Under the pieces are notes generated by a model that was given only the letters and a program-made list of their open reading frames with translations, was not told the origin of the DNA and did not search any database. Made by a program: the position numbers and the translations under genes. Shown piece after piece: positions 32,437 to 45,807 of a stretch of DNA of 64,000 nucleotides. Source of the DNA: an uncultured Gammaproteobacteria bacterium (GTDB taxonomy: Bacteria; Pseudomonadota; Gammaproteobacteria; Steroidobacterales; Steroidobacteraceae); contig CAVPOQ010000006.1 of assembly GCA_963707145.1 (NCBI GenBank), positions 30,159 through 94,158 of the forward strand, read 5' to 3'. Positions within the stretch are counted from its first letter, which is position 1, and each line of letters begins with the position of its first letter.

Positions 32437-32513
32437 TGGTAGCGGGGGCAGGATTTGAACCTGCGACCTTCGGGTTATGAGCCCGACGAGCTGCCAGACT
32501 GCTCCACCCCGCA
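32437..32513 (-). tRNA. Initiator tRNA-fMet (anticodon CAT)
   Basis: 77 nt: TGCGGGGTGGAGCAGTCTGGCAGCTCGTCGGGCTCATAACCCGAAGGTCGCAGGTTCAAATCCTGCCCCCGCTACCA. The cloverleaf folds. It has three G:C pairs closing the anticodon stem and a 1:72 mismatch. It is nearly identical to E. coli tRNA-fMet as I remember it. Confidence 0.9.
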
Positions 32514-32595
32514 ATCGAGCCGCTCATGATACAGAGCAGGTGAAGCTCTTTCAAGCACGCGGGTCACGGCGACCGGTTCGGCTGTGGCGGGCGTA

Positions 32596-33063
32596 TCAGC
32601 CACCGCCGCCAGAGCACCCTCCCCCGGCGCAGGTGCGGCGGTTGCGGTCGACCTCCTGCTGCAAAGTGCGCTTACTCGCTTCCATGCGCTGGAGGTCGGC
32701 CTGCGAATAGCAGTACTCCTTCGCAAAGCGCGTGCCGACCGGGGTGTCGCTGCGGCAGTACAACGTCTTTTCGCCGAAAGTCTTCTTGCGATAGCCAGCA
32801 GGGGCGATGAAGTCGCTGCTGACTGCAGCTGCGGCGGCCGCCGCAGCAGGATCGGCCGGATCTGCCTCAGACACTGCCGCCGGAGCAGCCGCTGCGGCAG
32901 TCGCCGCGACGGGCGCAGGCGCCGTCGCGGGCTCCTGGGCGGGAGCAGCCGCGACCGCGGCGGACGCAGGCTGCTGCTCTGCGTTCGGCCGAGGCTGTTG
33001 CGCGGGTTCCGACGCAAGGGCGAAAAGCGGGGCAATGGCGATCAGGACGAGGAGATTGCGCAT
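32596..33063 (-). CDS. Secreted protein with Ala/Pro-rich linker and 4-Cys C-terminal domain, unknown function
   Basis: Start at ATG 33063 (MRNLLVLIAIAPLFALA signal). It has a ~75-aa A/P/Q-rich region, then ..TLYCRSDTPVGTRFAKEYCYSQADLQRME...RRTCAGGGCSGGGG. Confidence 0.6.
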   Translation of the reverse strand: MRNLLVLIAIAPLFALASEPAQQPRPNAEQQPASAAVAAAPAQEPATAPAPVAATAAAAAPAAVSEADPADPAAAAAAAAVSSDFIAPAGYRKKTFGEKTLYCRSDTPVGTRFAKEYCYSQADLQRMEASKRTLQQEVDRNRRTCAGGGCSGGGG

Positions 33064-33157
33064 GCAGTCGGGCCTCAAGGAAAGACGTTGGTGGATGATC
33101 TCATGGCATGCGCCTTTGCACAGCCACGACGGTCGCCATCTGCGAAGTTCGTCCGCA

Positions 33158-34603
33158 CTACGGCAGTACACGGGCGCATAACGCGAGCAGCAGACCCGGG
33201 TATATCCCGAGCAACAGTACGGCAAGCCCGTTGGCGCTCAGCACGAACCGGAACGAGGCGCTGCCCTCCAGCGGGGCGCGCTGCACCGGCTCGTCGAAAT
33301 ACATGACCTTCACGACCCGCAGGTAGTAGTAGGCGCCGATCACGGAGAACACCACGGCCACCACTGCGAGCCAGAGCAGGCCCACGTTGAGCGCCGCCTG
33401 GATCACGGCCAGCTTGGCCCAGAATCCTACGAACGGCGGTACGCCGGCCATGCTGAACATGATCATCAGCATCACGGCCGCGAACCACGGGCTGCGCGCG
33501 TTGAGGCCCCTGAAGTCGTCCAGGCGGTCGGCCTCGAATCCCCGGCGCGACAGCAGAATGATCATGCCGAATGCGCCGATTGCCATGATCACGTAGGTGA
33601 TCGTGTAGTAGAGCGCCGCCCGGTAGCCCTCGCTGGTGCCCGCGAGGATGCCCATCAGGATGAAGCCCACGTGCGAGATCGTGGAGTACGCGAGCATGCG
33701 CTTGAGGTTCGTCTGCGCGATGGCGACCACGTTGCCCAGGGCCATCGACAGCACCGCCACCACCACGAGCATGTCCTGCCAGCCGTCGTGCAGGCCGCCG
33801 AGCCCTTCCGCGAGCAACCGGAATGCGAGCGCGAACGAGGCGAGCTTCGGTGCGGAGCTCAGCAGCAGCGTCACCGGCGTGGGCGCGCCGTGGTAGACGT
33901 CCGGCACCCACATGTGGAACGGAACGGCGCCGAACTTGAACGCGATGCCTACGATGATGAACGCGAGCCCGAACAGCAGGCCGATCTGGTTCGGCCCGAA
34001 GCCCATGACGGCGTCGCTCACCTGACCGAGCTGCAGCGAGCCGGTGACACCGTAGATCATCGACATGCCGTAGAGCAGCGCGCCCGAGGCGATCGAGCCC
34101 AGCACGAAGTACTTGATCGCGGCCTCGGCCGACACACCGGAGTCGCGGTTGAACGCCACCAGCGCGTACAGCGACAGCGCCAGAAGCTCGACGCCCAGGT
34201 AGAGCGTCACGAGGCTGTTGGCGGAGATCAGCACCATGATGCCGAGCAGCGCGAACAGCCCGAGCACGAAGAACTCACCCTTTAGCAGCTGCCGCGCGTA
34301 GAGGTATCCGTACGAATAGAGGAACACCACGGCGACCGCGCCGTACGCGACGACCTTCAGCAGCGTGCCGAGCGGATCCGCGACGTAGGTGCCGTGCCAC
34401 GCGACGGTGCGGACCTCCACGCCGGTGCGGGCCGTGATCCAGGCGGCGCCTGCCAGTGCAACCAGCGACAGCACGAACGTGACCACGCGCTGCCCGTCCT
34501 CGAGGAACAGGTCCACGAGCAGGATCACGCAGACCGCGGCCAGCAGAAAGATCTCGGGCGCGGCGAGCATCAGGTCGAGGCGGGTGATGGATGCGGGATT
34601 CAT
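33158..34603 (-). CDS. nuoN: NADH-quinone oxidoreductase subunit N
   Basis: 481 aa polytopic antiporter-like subunit, last gene of the nuo operon. GAVPFHMWVPDVYHGAP motif. Confidence 0.95.
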   Translation of the reverse strand: MNPASITRLDLMLAAPEIFLLAAVCVILLVDLFLEDGQRVVTFVLSLVALAGAAWITARTGVEVRTVAWHGTYVADPLGTLLKVVAYGAVAVVFLYSYGYLYARQLLKGEFFVLGLFALLGIMVLISANSLVTLYLGVELLALSLYALVAFNRDSGVSAEAAIKYFVLGSIASGALLYGMSMIYGVTGSLQLGQVSDAVMGFGPNQIGLLFGLAFIIVGIAFKFGAVPFHMWVPDVYHGAPTPVTLLLSSAPKLASFALAFRLLAEGLGGLHDGWQDMLVVVAVLSMALGNVVAIAQTNLKRMLAYSTISHVGFILMGILAGTSEGYRAALYYTITYVIMAIGAFGMIILLSRRGFEADRLDDFRGLNARSPWFAAVMLMIMFSMAGVPPFVGFWAKLAVIQAALNVGLLWLAVVAVVFSVIGAYYYLRVVKVMYFDEPVQRAPLEGSASFRFVLSANGLAVLLLGIYPGLLLALCARVLP

Positions 34604-34607
34604 GGTC

Positions 34608-36122
34608 CTACAGCTTCGTCAGCATCAACTGCTGCACCAGCTGCTCGATCGTGGGTCGCATGACTTCGAGCAGCGGCGCCGGCCAGAGGCCGAGCGCCAG
34701 CACCGCCACCGCCAGCACGCCGAGCACGAGGTACTCGCGTCCGTTGAGGTCCTGCAGCTGTGCGACCTGCTCGTTGCCGACTGGTCCGAAGACGACCCGC
34801 TTCACGAGCCACAGCGTGTAGGCGGCGCCGAGGATCAGCGTCAAGGCCGCGAGGAATGCGTACCAGAAGCTGGCGCGGAAGCTCGCGAGGATCACCAGGA
34901 ACTCGCCGACGAAGCCAGACGTGCCGGGAAGCCCGGCGTTGGCCATCGCGAACAGCACCATGAACGCGCCGAATGCGGGCATGGTGTTGATCACGCCACC
35001 GTAATCGGCGATCTGGCGGCTGTGCATGCGGTCGTAGAGCACCCCGATGCAGAAGAACAACGCGCCCGAGACGAGGCCGTGGGAGATCATCTGCACCATG
35101 GCGCCATCGAGACCCATCGCCGCACCCTGCACGCTGCCCGTGTTGGCGACAATCTGGAACGCCGTGAAGGCGCCCAGCGTCACGAAGCCCATGTGCGCGA
35201 TGGACGAATAGGCGATCAGCTTCTTCATGTCCTGCTGCACGAGCGCGACGAGGCCGATGTAGACCACCGCGATCAGCGACAGCGCGATGATCAGCCAGTC
35301 GAGCTCCCGGCTCGCGTCCGGCGCGATGGGCAGGCTGAAGCGCAGGAAGCCGTAACCGCCCATCTTGAGCATGATGGCGGCCAGGATCACCGAGCCGCCC
35401 GTCGGCGCCTCGACGTGGGCGTCTGGCAGCCAGGTGTGCACCGGCCACATCGGGACCTTGACGGCGAATGCCACGAGGAAGGCCGTGAAGACGAGCACCT
35501 GCTCGCGCATCGACAGCGGCAGCGCCTGCAGGTCGGCGATCGCGTAGCTGCCGCCCTGCAGGTACAGGTAGACCAGGGCCACCAGCATCAGCACCGAGCC
35601 GAGGAACGTGTAGAGGAAGAACTTGACGGTCGCGTACACGCGCCGCGGGCCGCCCCACACGCCGATGATCACGAACATCGGGATGAGCATCGCTTCCCAC
35701 AGCACGTAGAAGAGCATCGCGTCGAGCGCCGCGAAGACGCCGATCATGAGGCCCTCGAGGATCAGGAACGACGCGAGGTACTGCGCGGGCCGCTTCTCGA
35801 TGACCGTCCAGCCCGCGATCACGACCAGCGGGGTGACGAATGCGGTGAGCACGATCAGCGGCATCGAGATGCCGTCGACGCCGAGGTGGTACCAGGCGTT
35901 GAACGCCCCGATCCAGGGCTCGCGCTCCACAAACTGCATCGCGGCCGTGCTGGTGTCGAAGTCGCGCCACAGGACCACGCTGGCGATGAACGTCGCGACC
36001 GATGCCGCCAGCGCGATCCAGCGGGCCGCCGCTGCACTGCGCTCGCCGATCAGCAGCAGCAGCGCTCCCGCCGCGATCGGCAGCCAGAGGAGCACGCTCA
36101 GGATGGGCCAGTCCGCTTGCAT
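34608..36122 (-). CDS. nuoM: NADH-quinone oxidoreductase subunit M
   Basis: 504 aa. VPMWPVHTWLPDAHVEAPTGGSV motif. Positioned between nuoL and nuoN. Confidence 0.95.
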   Translation of the reverse strand: MQADWPILSVLLWLPIAAGALLLLIGERSAAAARWIALAASVATFIASVVLWRDFDTSTAAMQFVEREPWIGAFNAWYHLGVDGISMPLIVLTAFVTPLVVIAGWTVIEKRPAQYLASFLILEGLMIGVFAALDAMLFYVLWEAMLIPMFVIIGVWGGPRRVYATVKFFLYTFLGSVLMLVALVYLYLQGGSYAIADLQALPLSMREQVLVFTAFLVAFAVKVPMWPVHTWLPDAHVEAPTGGSVILAAIMLKMGGYGFLRFSLPIAPDASRELDWLIIALSLIAVVYIGLVALVQQDMKKLIAYSSIAHMGFVTLGAFTAFQIVANTGSVQGAAMGLDGAMVQMISHGLVSGALFFCIGVLYDRMHSRQIADYGGVINTMPAFGAFMVLFAMANAGLPGTSGFVGEFLVILASFRASFWYAFLAALTLILGAAYTLWLVKRVVFGPVGNEQVAQLQDLNGREYLVLGVLAVAVLALGLWPAPLLEVMRPTIEQLVQQLMLTKL

Positions 36123-36125
36123 GGG

Positions 36126-38079
<1,954 letters not shown>

Positions 38080-38082
38080 GGC

Positions 38083-38388
38083 TCAGCCCCTCATCGCGTC
38101 GAGATCGTCGACGTTGATGCTGCGACGCTGCCGGAACAGCACGACCAGGATGGCGAGCCCGATCGCGGACTCCGCCGCCGCCACCGTCAGGATGAAGAAC
38201 ACGAACACCTGCCCCCCGAGATCACCGAGGTGGCGCGCGAAGGCGATGAAATTGAAATTCACGGCCAGCAGCATCAGCTCGATGCACATCAGCAGCAGCA
38301 GGACGTTCTTGCGGTTGATGAAGATGCCTGCCACCGCGAGACTGAACAGGATCCCCGACAGCAGCAGCACGTGGGAGAGCGGGATCAC
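38083..38388 (-). CDS. nuoK: NADH-quinone oxidoreductase subunit K
   Basis: GTG start at 38388 overlapping the nuoJ stop (GTGA). 101 aa: [48 protein letters not shown]. Confidence 0.9.
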   Translation of the reverse strand: MIPLSHVLLLSGILFSLAVAGIFINRKNVLLLLMCIELMLLAVNFNFIAFARHLGDLGGQVFVFFILTVAAAESAIGLAILVVLFRQRRSINVDDLDAMRG

Positions 38389-38987
38389 TGCCGGCCCTCC
38401 GCGTCCATCTTGACGATCCGGACGCGGTCCTCGGCGCGGACCGCGACCTGCTTGCCGACGTTCTGCAGCTTCTGGCCCGGCCGGCGGCGCATGGTGAGCG
38501 TGATCGCCGCGACGATCGCGACGAGCAGGATCACCGCCGCGACCTCGAACGGGTACAGGTACTGCGTGTAGAGCAGTTCGCCAAGGGCCTGCGTGTTCGA
38601 GTGCCCGGCGGGCAGCGGCGCCGGTCCCTCGCCCTCCGGGAGCCCGAGCCCGCGCACCCACACCACGAGGCCGATCTGCGCCACGACGATCAGCGCCACC
38701 AGCGCACCGAACGGCGCGTAGCGCGTGAAGCCCTGCCGCAGCTTCTCGACGTCCACGTCCATCATCATGACGACGAACAGCCACAGCACCATCACCGCGC
38801 CGACGTAGACGACGACCAGCGTGATGGCGAGGAATTCCGCCTCGAGCAGCAACCAGAGCACGGCGCTGTTGACGAATGCGAACACCAGGAAGAGCGCACA
38901 GTGCACCGGATTGCGGGCCGTGATCACGCCGAGTGCGGCGACCACCAGCAGGGCAGCGAACGCATAGAAGAGAACGTTGACGATCAT
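38385..38987 (-). CDS. nuoJ: NADH-quinone oxidoreductase subunit J
   Basis: 200 aa. [35 protein letters not shown] is typical of NuoJ. Confidence 0.9.
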   Translation of the reverse strand: MIVNVLFYAFAALLVVAALGVITARNPVHCALFLVFAFVNSAVLWLLLEAEFLAITLVVVYVGAVMVLWLFVVMMMDVDVEKLRQGFTRYAPFGALVALIVVAQIGLVVWVRGLGLPEGEGPAPLPAGHSNTQALGELLYTQYLYPFEVAAVILLVAIVAAITLTMRRRPGQKLQNVGKQVAVRAEDRVRIVKMDAEGRQ

Positions 38988-39000
38988 CGTGGCTGCCTGC

Positions 39001-39480
39001 TCAGCGGTACGGCGCGTCGGCCGCCTTGTCCGCGGCGATCATGGCTTCGTAGCGCTCGCCCACGGCGAGCAGCTTGTCCTTGGTCATGATGTTCTCGCCG
39101 CGGTGCTCCATGTGGTACTCGTGGATGCGTGTCTCGACGATCGCGTCCACCGGACAGGCCTCCTCGCAGAATCCACAGTAGATGCACTTGAAGAGATCGA
39201 TGTCGTAGCGCGTCGTGCGGCGCGTGCCGTCCGCGCTGACGTCGGATTCGATGGTGATCGCGAGCGCCGGGCACACCGCCTCGCAGAGCTTGCAGGCGAT
39301 GCAGCGCTCCTGACCGTTCGGGTAGCGTCGCAGCGCGTGCAGGCCTCGGAAGCGCGGCGACTGCGGGGTCTTCTCCTCCGGGTACTGGATCGTGACCTTC
39401 GGCGCGAACAGGTTCTTCAGCGTGACCGACAGCCCGATCAGCAGTTCGTAGAGGAAGAAAGTCTTCAGGACGCTGCGCAC
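39001..39480 (-). CDS. nuoI: NADH-quinone oxidoreductase subunit I
   Basis: GTG start. Two 4Fe-4S ferredoxin motifs: [12 protein letters not shown] and [12 protein letters not shown]. Confidence 0.95.
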   Translation of the reverse strand: MRSVLKTFFLYELLIGLSVTLKNLFAPKVTIQYPEEKTPQSPRFRGLHALRRYPNGQERCIACKLCEAVCPALAITIESDVSADGTRRTTRYDIDLFKCIYCGFCEEACPVDAIVETRIHEYHMEHRGENIMTKDKLLAVGERYEAMIAADKAADAPYR

Positions 39481-39487
39481 GGCGACC

Positions 39488-40543
39488 TCAGGCGGCCCAC
39501 GGGCCGATCTTGTAGATCCACATGGCGGCCTCCACGCAGAGCCACACCAGCGTCACCGGGATGAAGACCTTCCAGCCGAGCCGCATGATCTGGTCGTAGC
39601 GATAGCGCGGGAACGTGGCGCGGAACCACAGGAAGCAGAACAGGAAGAACGAGATCTTGATGACCAGCCAGTGCAGCCCGGGCGCGGCGAGGAAAGTGTC
39701 GCCCAGCAGCGGGTAACCCTGGAACGGGGACAGCCAGCCACCGAAGAAGAAGGTCGCGGTCAGCGCCGCGATCAGGATCATGTTCGCGTACTCGGTGAGG
39801 AAGAACAGCGCGAACGCGATCCCCGAGTACTCGACGTGGAAGCCCGCGACGATCTCCGACTCGCCCTCGGCCACGTCGAACGGAGCGCGGTTGGTCTCCG
39901 CCACGCCCGAGATGAAGTAGACGAGGAACAGCGGGAACAGCCACAGCCAGTACCACGACAGCGGCCCGCCCGACTGCGCCTCGACGATCTTCCCGATGTT
40001 GAGCGTGCCCGCGGCCATCACCACGCCCACCAGCGCGAAGCCCATCGCGATTTCGTAAGCCACGATCTGCGCCGCGGAGCGCATTGCCCCGAGGAATGCA
40101 TACTTGGAGTTGGTTGCCCAGCCCGCAAGGATGATGCCGTAGGCGCCGAAGCCCGCGAGTGCGAGCACGTAGAGCACGCCCGCGTCCACGTCCGCGATGG
40201 CGAAACCGGGCCACAGTGAGATCACCGCCCAGGCCGCGAATGCCGGCGTGAGCGCGAGCAGCGGTGCCACGACGAACAGGAAGCGGTTCGAGCGCGCCGG
40301 CACGACCACTTCCTTGATCAGCAGCTTGATGACGTCGGCGAACGGCTGCAGCAGGCCCTTCGGTCCGACTCGGTTCGGGCCGATGCGGACCTGCATGTAG
40401 CCGATCACCTTGCGCTCGGCGAGCGTGAGGTAGGCCACGCACAGGATCACGACGATCGTGACCGCGAGGATCTGGGCGAGGGTCGTGAGCGTGTGGCGCA
40501 GCCCCTCCGGCCATGCCGCCCAGGTGCCGGCGACGAAGTCCAT
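39488..40543 (-). CDS. nuoH: NADH-quinone oxidoreductase subunit H
   Basis: The ATG at 40543 overlaps the nuoG TGA by 1 nt (a GTG at 40546 is also possible). [27 protein letters not shown] motif. Confidence 0.95.
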   Translation of the reverse strand: MDFVAGTWAAWPEGLRHTLTTLAQILAVTIVVILCVAYLTLAERKVIGYMQVRIGPNRVGPKGLLQPFADVIKLLIKEVVVPARSNRFLFVVAPLLALTPAFAAWAVISLWPGFAIADVDAGVLYVLALAGFGAYGIILAGWATNSKYAFLGAMRSAAQIVAYEIAMGFALVGVVMAAGTLNIGKIVEAQSGGPLSWYWLWLFPLFLVYFISGVAETNRAPFDVAEGESEIVAGFHVEYSGIAFALFFLTEYANMILIAALTATFFFGGWLSPFQGYPLLGDTFLAAPGLHWLVIKISFFLFCFLWFRATFPRYRYDQIMRLGWKVFIPVTLVWLCVEAAMWIYKIGPWAA

Positions 40544-42729
40544 CACGTCGCACCGCCAGTGGCGCCCGAGCGGCCTTCCACCGTCTCCTGCAGCGGTACG
40601 GAACGACGCACCACGGCGTCCACCGCGTACAGCCCGACCTCGCGCGTCGCGTCGAGCGCCGCGAGGCGTCCCGGCGCGAAGGTCGCGGCCGCTGCGGCGG
40701 CCGGGATCTCATTCAGCTCGCGCGCGAGCTCGTCGCGGATCTCCTCGGAGCTCAGGTACTCGAAGCCCGCGAGCCCGAGCAGGTTGCCGAGCACGCGCAG
40801 GACCTTCCACGCGGGCCGGGCCTCGCCTGGAGGCCGCGCCGCGCCAGGGACGCTCTGCCAGCGGCCCTCGACGTTCACCCACGTTCCCGATGTCTCGGCG
40901 AAGGCCGCCACGGGCAGGATCACCGAGCAGTTCGCCAGCTGCTCGTCGCCCGCGTAGGGCGTAACGGCCACGACGCACTGCGCGCCCCGCAGGGCGGCGT
41001 CCGCCGCCTGCGCAGCACCGAGGTCCGCGCCCTCGACGCCGCCCACCAGCAGGTAGCCTCGCAGGCGCGCGCTGATCATCTCCGCGGCCGCGAGGCCCGG
41101 CTTCGCGACCGCGCGGCCACCAACGCCACGATGCGGCACCGCGCCGCCGAGCGACGCCCCCACCGCGTTCCCGCCGTCCGGAAGCTGGCCGAGCGTTGCG
41201 CCCGTGACCTCCGCGAGCGCCGCGGCGAGCGCACGGATTTCCGAGAAGGCGACGTGCCGCTCGGCCAGCGCTCCGAGCAGGATCACGCGAAGCCCGCCCT
41301 GGGCGAGCTGCCCTGCGACCCGCTCGTGGTCGACGGTCGGCACGATGCCCTCGAGGGACGGCGCCAGCGCGGACGGGACGGGACGCCCGGCGGTCCGCAG
41401 CGCCGCGGCGAGCAGCGCCGCGAGGTGCTGCGCCATGCCGTGACCATTGCTGGTGAAACTGGCCTCGACCGGGAACAGCACGTCCACCGGCCGCGGATTG
41501 ACGAACGCAACCCGGGTTCCGTGGCGCACCGCGCCCTTGCGGATGCGGTTCGCGACGATGGGCACCTCGCGCCGTACGTCGCAACCCACGAGCAGCACCG
41601 CTGCAGCGCGTTCGAGCTCGGCGATGGCGACGCCGAGCGTGGGAGCCACGGGGTCACCGGACTGGTCGCGGACGTCCTGGCGGCGCAGGCGGTGATCCAC
41701 GTTCTCTGATCCGAGACCACGCGCGATGCGCGCCGCGAGGTAGGCTTCCTCCACCGTCGCCGCAGGCGACACCAGCACGCCGAGCTGCCCCGACCCGTGC
41801 GCGCGAACGACCGCCTGCAGGCCCTTCGCGGCGGTCTCCAGCGCGGTCTCCCAGTCCACCTCGCGCCAGGCGCCCGCCTCCCTGACCATCGGCTTGTGGG
41901 CACGGTCCGCCGAGTACAGGCCCTCGCAGCTGAAGCGGTCGCGGTCGGCGATCCAGGTCTCGTTGATCTCGTCGTTGGTGCGCGGCACGACGCGCATCAG
42001 GCGCCCGCGCAGCACGTGGCCCCACAGGTTGGTGCCGGCGCAGTCGTGCGGCGAAACCAGCGGGTGCCGGGACATCTCCCAGGCGCGCGCGCGGTAGCGG
42101 TAGGGCTTGTTGTTGAGCGCGCCGACCGGGCACAGGTCGATGATGTTGCCCGACAGCTCATGGTCCACGCTCTTCTCGATAAAGGTCGAGATCTGCATGC
42201 GGTCGCCGCGGCCGACCGTGCCGAGCTCCGGAATGCCTGCGATCTCCTGGCCGAAGCGCACGCAGCGCGTGCAGTGGATGCAGCGCGTCATGTCGGTGGA
42301 GACGAGCGACCCCAGGTTCTGGTCCTTCACGACGCGCTTGCGCTCGGTGTACCGTGCCACGTCGCGGCCGAAGCCCATCGCGAGATCCTGCAGCTCGCAT
42401 TCCCCGCCCTGGTCGCAGATCGGGCAGTCGAGCGGATGGTTGATGAGCAGGAATTCCATGGTCGCTTTCTGGGCCGCAATGGCGCGGGGCGACTTCGTGA
42501 AGACCTTCATGCCCTCGGCCACGGGGGTGGCGCAGGCAGGCAGTGGCTTCGGCGCCTTCTCGACCTCGACCAGGCACATGCGACAGTTCGCCGCGATCGA
42601 GAGCTTCTCGTGATAGCAGAAACGCGGCACGTACGCGCGCTGCGCGTCGGTCGCGTGAATGATCATGGCGCCCCTGGGCGCCTTGACCGGCACGCCGTCG
42701 ATCTCGAGGTTGACCAGTTCTTCGCTCAT
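40543..42729 (-). CDS. nuoG: NADH-quinone oxidoreductase subunit G
   Basis: Start at ATG 42729 ([15 protein letters not shown]). Cys clusters [33 protein letters not shown] and [10 protein letters not shown]. 728 aa. Confidence 0.95.
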   Translation of the reverse strand: MSEELVNLEIDGVPVKAPRGAMIIHATDAQRAYVPRFCYHEKLSIAANCRMCLVEVEKAPKPLPACATPVAEGMKVFTKSPRAIAAQKATMEFLLINHPLDCPICDQGGECELQDLAMGFGRDVARYTERKRVVKDQNLGSLVSTDMTRCIHCTRCVRFGQEIAGIPELGTVGRGDRMQISTFIEKSVDHELSGNIIDLCPVGALNNKPYRYRARAWEMSRHPLVSPHDCAGTNLWGHVLRGRLMRVVPRTNDEINETWIADRDRFSCEGLYSADRAHKPMVREAGAWREVDWETALETAAKGLQAVVRAHGSGQLGVLVSPAATVEEAYLAARIARGLGSENVDHRLRRQDVRDQSGDPVAPTLGVAIAELERAAAVLLVGCDVRREVPIVANRIRKGAVRHGTRVAFVNPRPVDVLFPVEASFTSNGHGMAQHLAALLAAALRTAGRPVPSALAPSLEGIVPTVDHERVAGQLAQGGLRVILLGALAERHVAFSEIRALAAALAEVTGATLGQLPDGGNAVGASLGGAVPHRGVGGRAVAKPGLAAAEMISARLRGYLLVGGVEGADLGAAQAADAALRGAQCVVAVTPYAGDEQLANCSVILPVAAFAETSGTWVNVEGRWQSVPGAARPPGEARPAWKVLRVLGNLLGLAGFEYLSSEEIRDELARELNEIPAAAAAATFAPGRLAALDATREVGLYAVDAVVRRSVPLQETVEGRSGATGGAT

Positions 42730-42733
42730 GCCG

Positions 42734-44041
42734 TCATGCCGCGCGGCCGCGCGCCTCGACGATGCCGTGCCCGTGCTCGATCCAGTGCTCGAACTCGTGG
42801 CGGTAGTGCTTGACGAAGCTCTGCACCGGCCACGCGGCTGCGTCGCCCAGCGCACAGATGGTGTGGCCCTCGATGTTGTTGGCGACGCTGACCAGCATGT
42901 CGACGTCCTCGCGGCGGCCCTGTCCAGCCAGGATCCGCCGCAGCGTCCGGTTCAGCCAGCCCGTCCCCTCGCGGCAGGGCGTGCACTGGCCGCAGGACTC
43001 CATGTAGTAGAACCGCGACAGTCGCTCGAGCACGCGCACCATGTCGGTGGTCTCATCCATGACGATGACCGCGGCCGAGCCGATCGCCGAGCCCGCCTTC
43101 TTCAGCGAGTCGTAGTCCATGTTGGTGGTGAGCATTGTCTCGCCCGGCACCACCGGCACCGACGAGCCGCCCGGGATCACCGCCTTGAGCCTGCGACCGC
43201 CGCGCATGCCGCCGGAGATCTCGAGCAGGTCCCTGAACGGCACGCCCAGCGGCAGCTCGTAGTTGCCGGGCTTCGCGACGTGGCCCGACACCGAGAAGAT
43301 CACCGTGCCGCCCGAGTTCGGCGGACCGAGGCCGGCGAACCATTCCGGTCCCTTGCGCATGATCGCCGGCACCGAGGCGAAGCTCTGGGCGTTGTTGATG
43401 GTGGTCGGCTTGCCGTAGAGACCGTAGTTCGCCGGGAACGGCGGCTTGAAGCGCGGCTTGCCCTGCTTGCCCTCGAGCGACTCGAGCAGCGCCGTCTCCT
43501 CGCCGCAGATGTACGCCCCGGCGCCGACGAAGGTGTAGAGGTCGAAATCGATGCCCGAACCCATCAGGTTCCTGCCGAGCAGCCCGGCCGCGTATGCCTC
43601 CTTGAGCGCCGCCTCGAAGCGCGGCACGGGCTCGGCCATGAATTCGCCGCGGATGTAGTTGTAGCCCACCGTGGCGCCCATCGCGTAGCCACCGATGGCC
43701 ATCCCCTCGATCAGTGCGTGCGGGTTGTAGCGCAGGATGTCGCGGTCGTGGCAGGTGCCGGGCTCGCTCTCGTCGGAGTTGCAGACCGCGTACTTCTGCA
43801 CCGGCGCGCTGCGCGGCATGAATGACCACTTGAGGCCGGTCGGGAAGCCCGCACCGCCGCGGCCGCGCAGGCCAGAGGCCTTCACGGTCTCGATGATCTG
43901 CTCGCGCGGCGTCTTCTCGGCCAGGATCCGGCGCCACGCCTCGTAGCCGCCGGTCTGCACGTAGGTCGCGAGTTCCCACGGACGCTCGAGCTTCAGCGGC
44001 TCGAAGCAGACCAGGTTCATGCGGTCGGTCCAGTCGCTCAC
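42734..44041 (-). CDS. nuoF: NADH-quinone oxidoreductase subunit F
   Basis: [18 protein letters not shown] (FMN/NADH site) and [12 protein letters not shown] (4Fe-4S). GTG start at 44041 (an ATG at 44020 is possible). Confidence 0.95.
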   Translation of the reverse strand: MSDWTDRMNLVCFEPLKLERPWELATYVQTGGYEAWRRILAEKTPREQIIETVKASGLRGRGGAGFPTGLKWSFMPRSAPVQKYAVCNSDESEPGTCHDRDILRYNPHALIEGMAIGGYAMGATVGYNYIRGEFMAEPVPRFEAALKEAYAAGLLGRNLMGSGIDFDLYTFVGAGAYICGEETALLESLEGKQGKPRFKPPFPANYGLYGKPTTINNAQSFASVPAIMRKGPEWFAGLGPPNSGGTVIFSVSGHVAKPGNYELPLGVPFRDLLEISGGMRGGRRLKAVIPGGSSVPVVPGETMLTTNMDYDSLKKAGSAIGSAAVIVMDETTDMVRVLERLSRFYYMESCGQCTPCREGTGWLNRTLRRILAGQGRREDVDMLVSVANNIEGHTICALGDAAAWPVQSFVKHYRHEFEHWIEHGHGIVEARGRAA

Positions 44042-44050
44042 GGCGTCGCC

Positions 44051-44557
44051 CTATTTGTGCTCGTCGAGAATCCTGTCGACCTTCTCGGCCGTCAGGTCCT
44101 CGTAGTAGACGTGGTCCACCATCATCATGGGCGCGCCGTTGCAGGCCGCGAGGCACTCCTCCTCGGCCTTGAGGTAGAAGCGTCCGTCGGGCGTGCTCTC
44201 GCCGACCCCGATGCCGAGACGTCTCTCGACGTGGGCGAGGATCTCCTCCCCGCCGCAGAGCATGCACGAAATGTTGGTGCACACCGAGACGTGATGGCGG
44301 CCGCAGGGCTTCGTCTCGAACATCGAGTAGAAGCTCGCGACCTCGTAGACCTGGATCGGCGGCAGGCCGAGGTATTCGGCGACCGCGTCCATCGCCGGCT
44401 GCGTCAGGTAGCCCCGCTCGTGCTGCACCGCGTGCAGCGCCGCGATCACGGCCGAGCGCCTGCGCTCCGGCGGGAACTTCGCCACCCAGTGGTCGATCTC
44501 CTCGCGCACGTGCGGCGACAGCACGGCGTCGGCGGCATCGTGGATGGTCTCGCTCAC
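44051..44557 (-). CDS. nuoE: NADH-quinone oxidoreductase subunit E
   Basis: GTG start at 44557 overlapping the nuoD stop (GTGA). 2Fe-2S pattern [11 protein letters not shown]...CLAACNGAP. 168 aa. Confidence 0.9.
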   Translation of the reverse strand: MSETIHDAADAVLSPHVREEIDHWVAKFPPERRRSAVIAALHAVQHERGYLTQPAMDAVAEYLGLPPIQVYEVASFYSMFETKPCGRHHVSVCTNISCMLCGGEEILAHVERRLGIGVGESTPDGRFYLKAEEECLAACNGAPMMMVDHVYYEDLTAEKVDRILDEHK

Positions 44558-45807
44558 CGGTCGATCTCCCCGAACACGATGTCCGCCGTCCCGATCACGG
44601 CCACCACGTCCGCCAGCATGTGGCCGCTCACCATTTCCTCCAGCGCCGCAAGGTGCGGGAACCCGGGGGCCCGGCACTTGAGACGGTACGGCTTGTTGGC
44701 GCCGTCCGACACGAGGTAGATGCCGAACTCGCCCTTCGGCGCCTCGACCGCGGCGTAGGCCTCGCCTTCGGGGACGCAGTAGCCCTCGGTGAACAGCTTG
44801 AAGTGGTGGATCAGCGACTCCATGTCGCCCTTCATCTGCTCGCGAGTCGGCGGAACGACCTTGTGGTCGCCGGCCATCACCGGCCCGGGGTTGGCCCGCA
44901 GCCATTCCACGCACTGCCGGACGATCCGGTTCGACTGGCGCATCTCCTCGATACGCACGAGGTAGCGGTCGTAGCAGTCGCCGTTCACGCCCACCGGGAT
45001 GTCGAAGTCGACGCGGTCGTAGACCTCGTAGGTCTGCTTCTTGCGCAGATCCCATGCCACGCCCGATCCGCGCAGCATCGGGCCGGTGAAGCCGAGGTTG
45101 AGTGCGCGCTCAGGAGTCACCACGCCGATGTTCACCGTGCGCTGCTTCCAGATGCGGTTGTCCGTCAGCAGCGTCTCGTACTCGTCGACGCAGGCCGGGA
45201 AGCGCGTCGTGAAATCCTCGATGAAGTCGAGCAGGCTGCCGGAGCGCTTGTCGTTAAGGCGGGCGACGTCCTGCTCGCTCCTGAATCGTGACGGCTGGAA
45301 TCTCGGCATGTGCTCCGGCAGGTCGCGGTAGACGCCGCCCGGGCGGTAGTACGTCGCGTGCATGCGCGTACCGGAAACTGCCTCATAGCAGTCCATCAGA
45401 TCCTCGCGCTCGCGGAAGCAGTAGAGGAACACCGTCATGGCACCGATGTCGAGGCCATGCGCGCCGAGCCACATCAGGTGGTTCAGGATTCGCGTGACCT
45501 CGTCGAACATCACGCGGATGTACTGCGCGCGCAGCGGCACCTCCACGCCGAGCAGCTTCTCGATGGCCATCACGTAGGCGTGCTCGTTGCACATCATCGA
45601 GACGTAGTCGAGCCGGTCCATGTAGCCGATGGACTGATTGAAGGGCTTCGACTCCGCGAGCTTCTCGGTCGCGCGGTGCAGCAGCCCGATGTGCGGGTCG
45701 GCCTTCTGCACGACCTCGCCGTCCATCTCGAGCACCAGGCGCAGTACCCCGTGAGCCGCGGGGTGCTGCGGCCCGAAGTTCATGGTGTAGCTGCGGATCT
45801 CAGCCAT
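44554..45807 (-). CDS. nuoD: NADH-quinone oxidoreductase subunit D
   Basis: Start at ATG 45807 ([24 protein letters not shown]). 417 aa. Overlaps the nuoC stop by 8 nt. Confidence 0.95.
   Translation of the reverse strand: MAEIRSYTMNFGPQHPAAHGVLRLVLEMDGEVVQKADPHIGLLHRATEKLAESKPFNQSIGYMDRLDYVSMMCNEHAYVMAIEKLLGVEVPLRAQYIRVMFDEVTRILNHLMWLGAHGLDIGAMTVFLYCFREREDLMDCYEAVSGTRMHATYYRPGGVYRDLPEHMPRFQPSRFRSEQDVARLNDKRSGSLLDFIEDFTTRFPACVDEYETLLTDNRIWKQRTVNIGVVTPERALNLGFTGPMLRGSGVAWDLRKKQTYEVYDRVDFDIPVGVNGDCYDRYLVRIEEMRQSNRIVRQCVEWLRANPGPVMAGDHKVVPPTREQMKGDMESLIHHFKLFTEGYCVPEGEAYAAVEAPKGEFGIYLVSDGANKPYRLKCRAPGFPHLAALEEMVSGHMLADVVAVIGTADIVFGEIDR

Larger units (their letters stand above)
31487..32449 (-). 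mobile_element. Possible remnant of a tRNA-fMet-targeted integrated element (about 0.9 kb, no integrase)
   Basis: The segment is bounded by the direct repeats above. It carries only the nucleotidyltransferase two-gene module. GC content looks lower by eye than the flanks. Confidence 0.35.

Noticed and set aside
28184-32513. Integrase, transposase or IS element that would define the island
   Set aside because: No ORF in any frame showed tyrosine or serine recombinase or DDE-transposase motifs that I could recognise. The island call therefore rests only on repeats, tRNA adjacency and gene decay.
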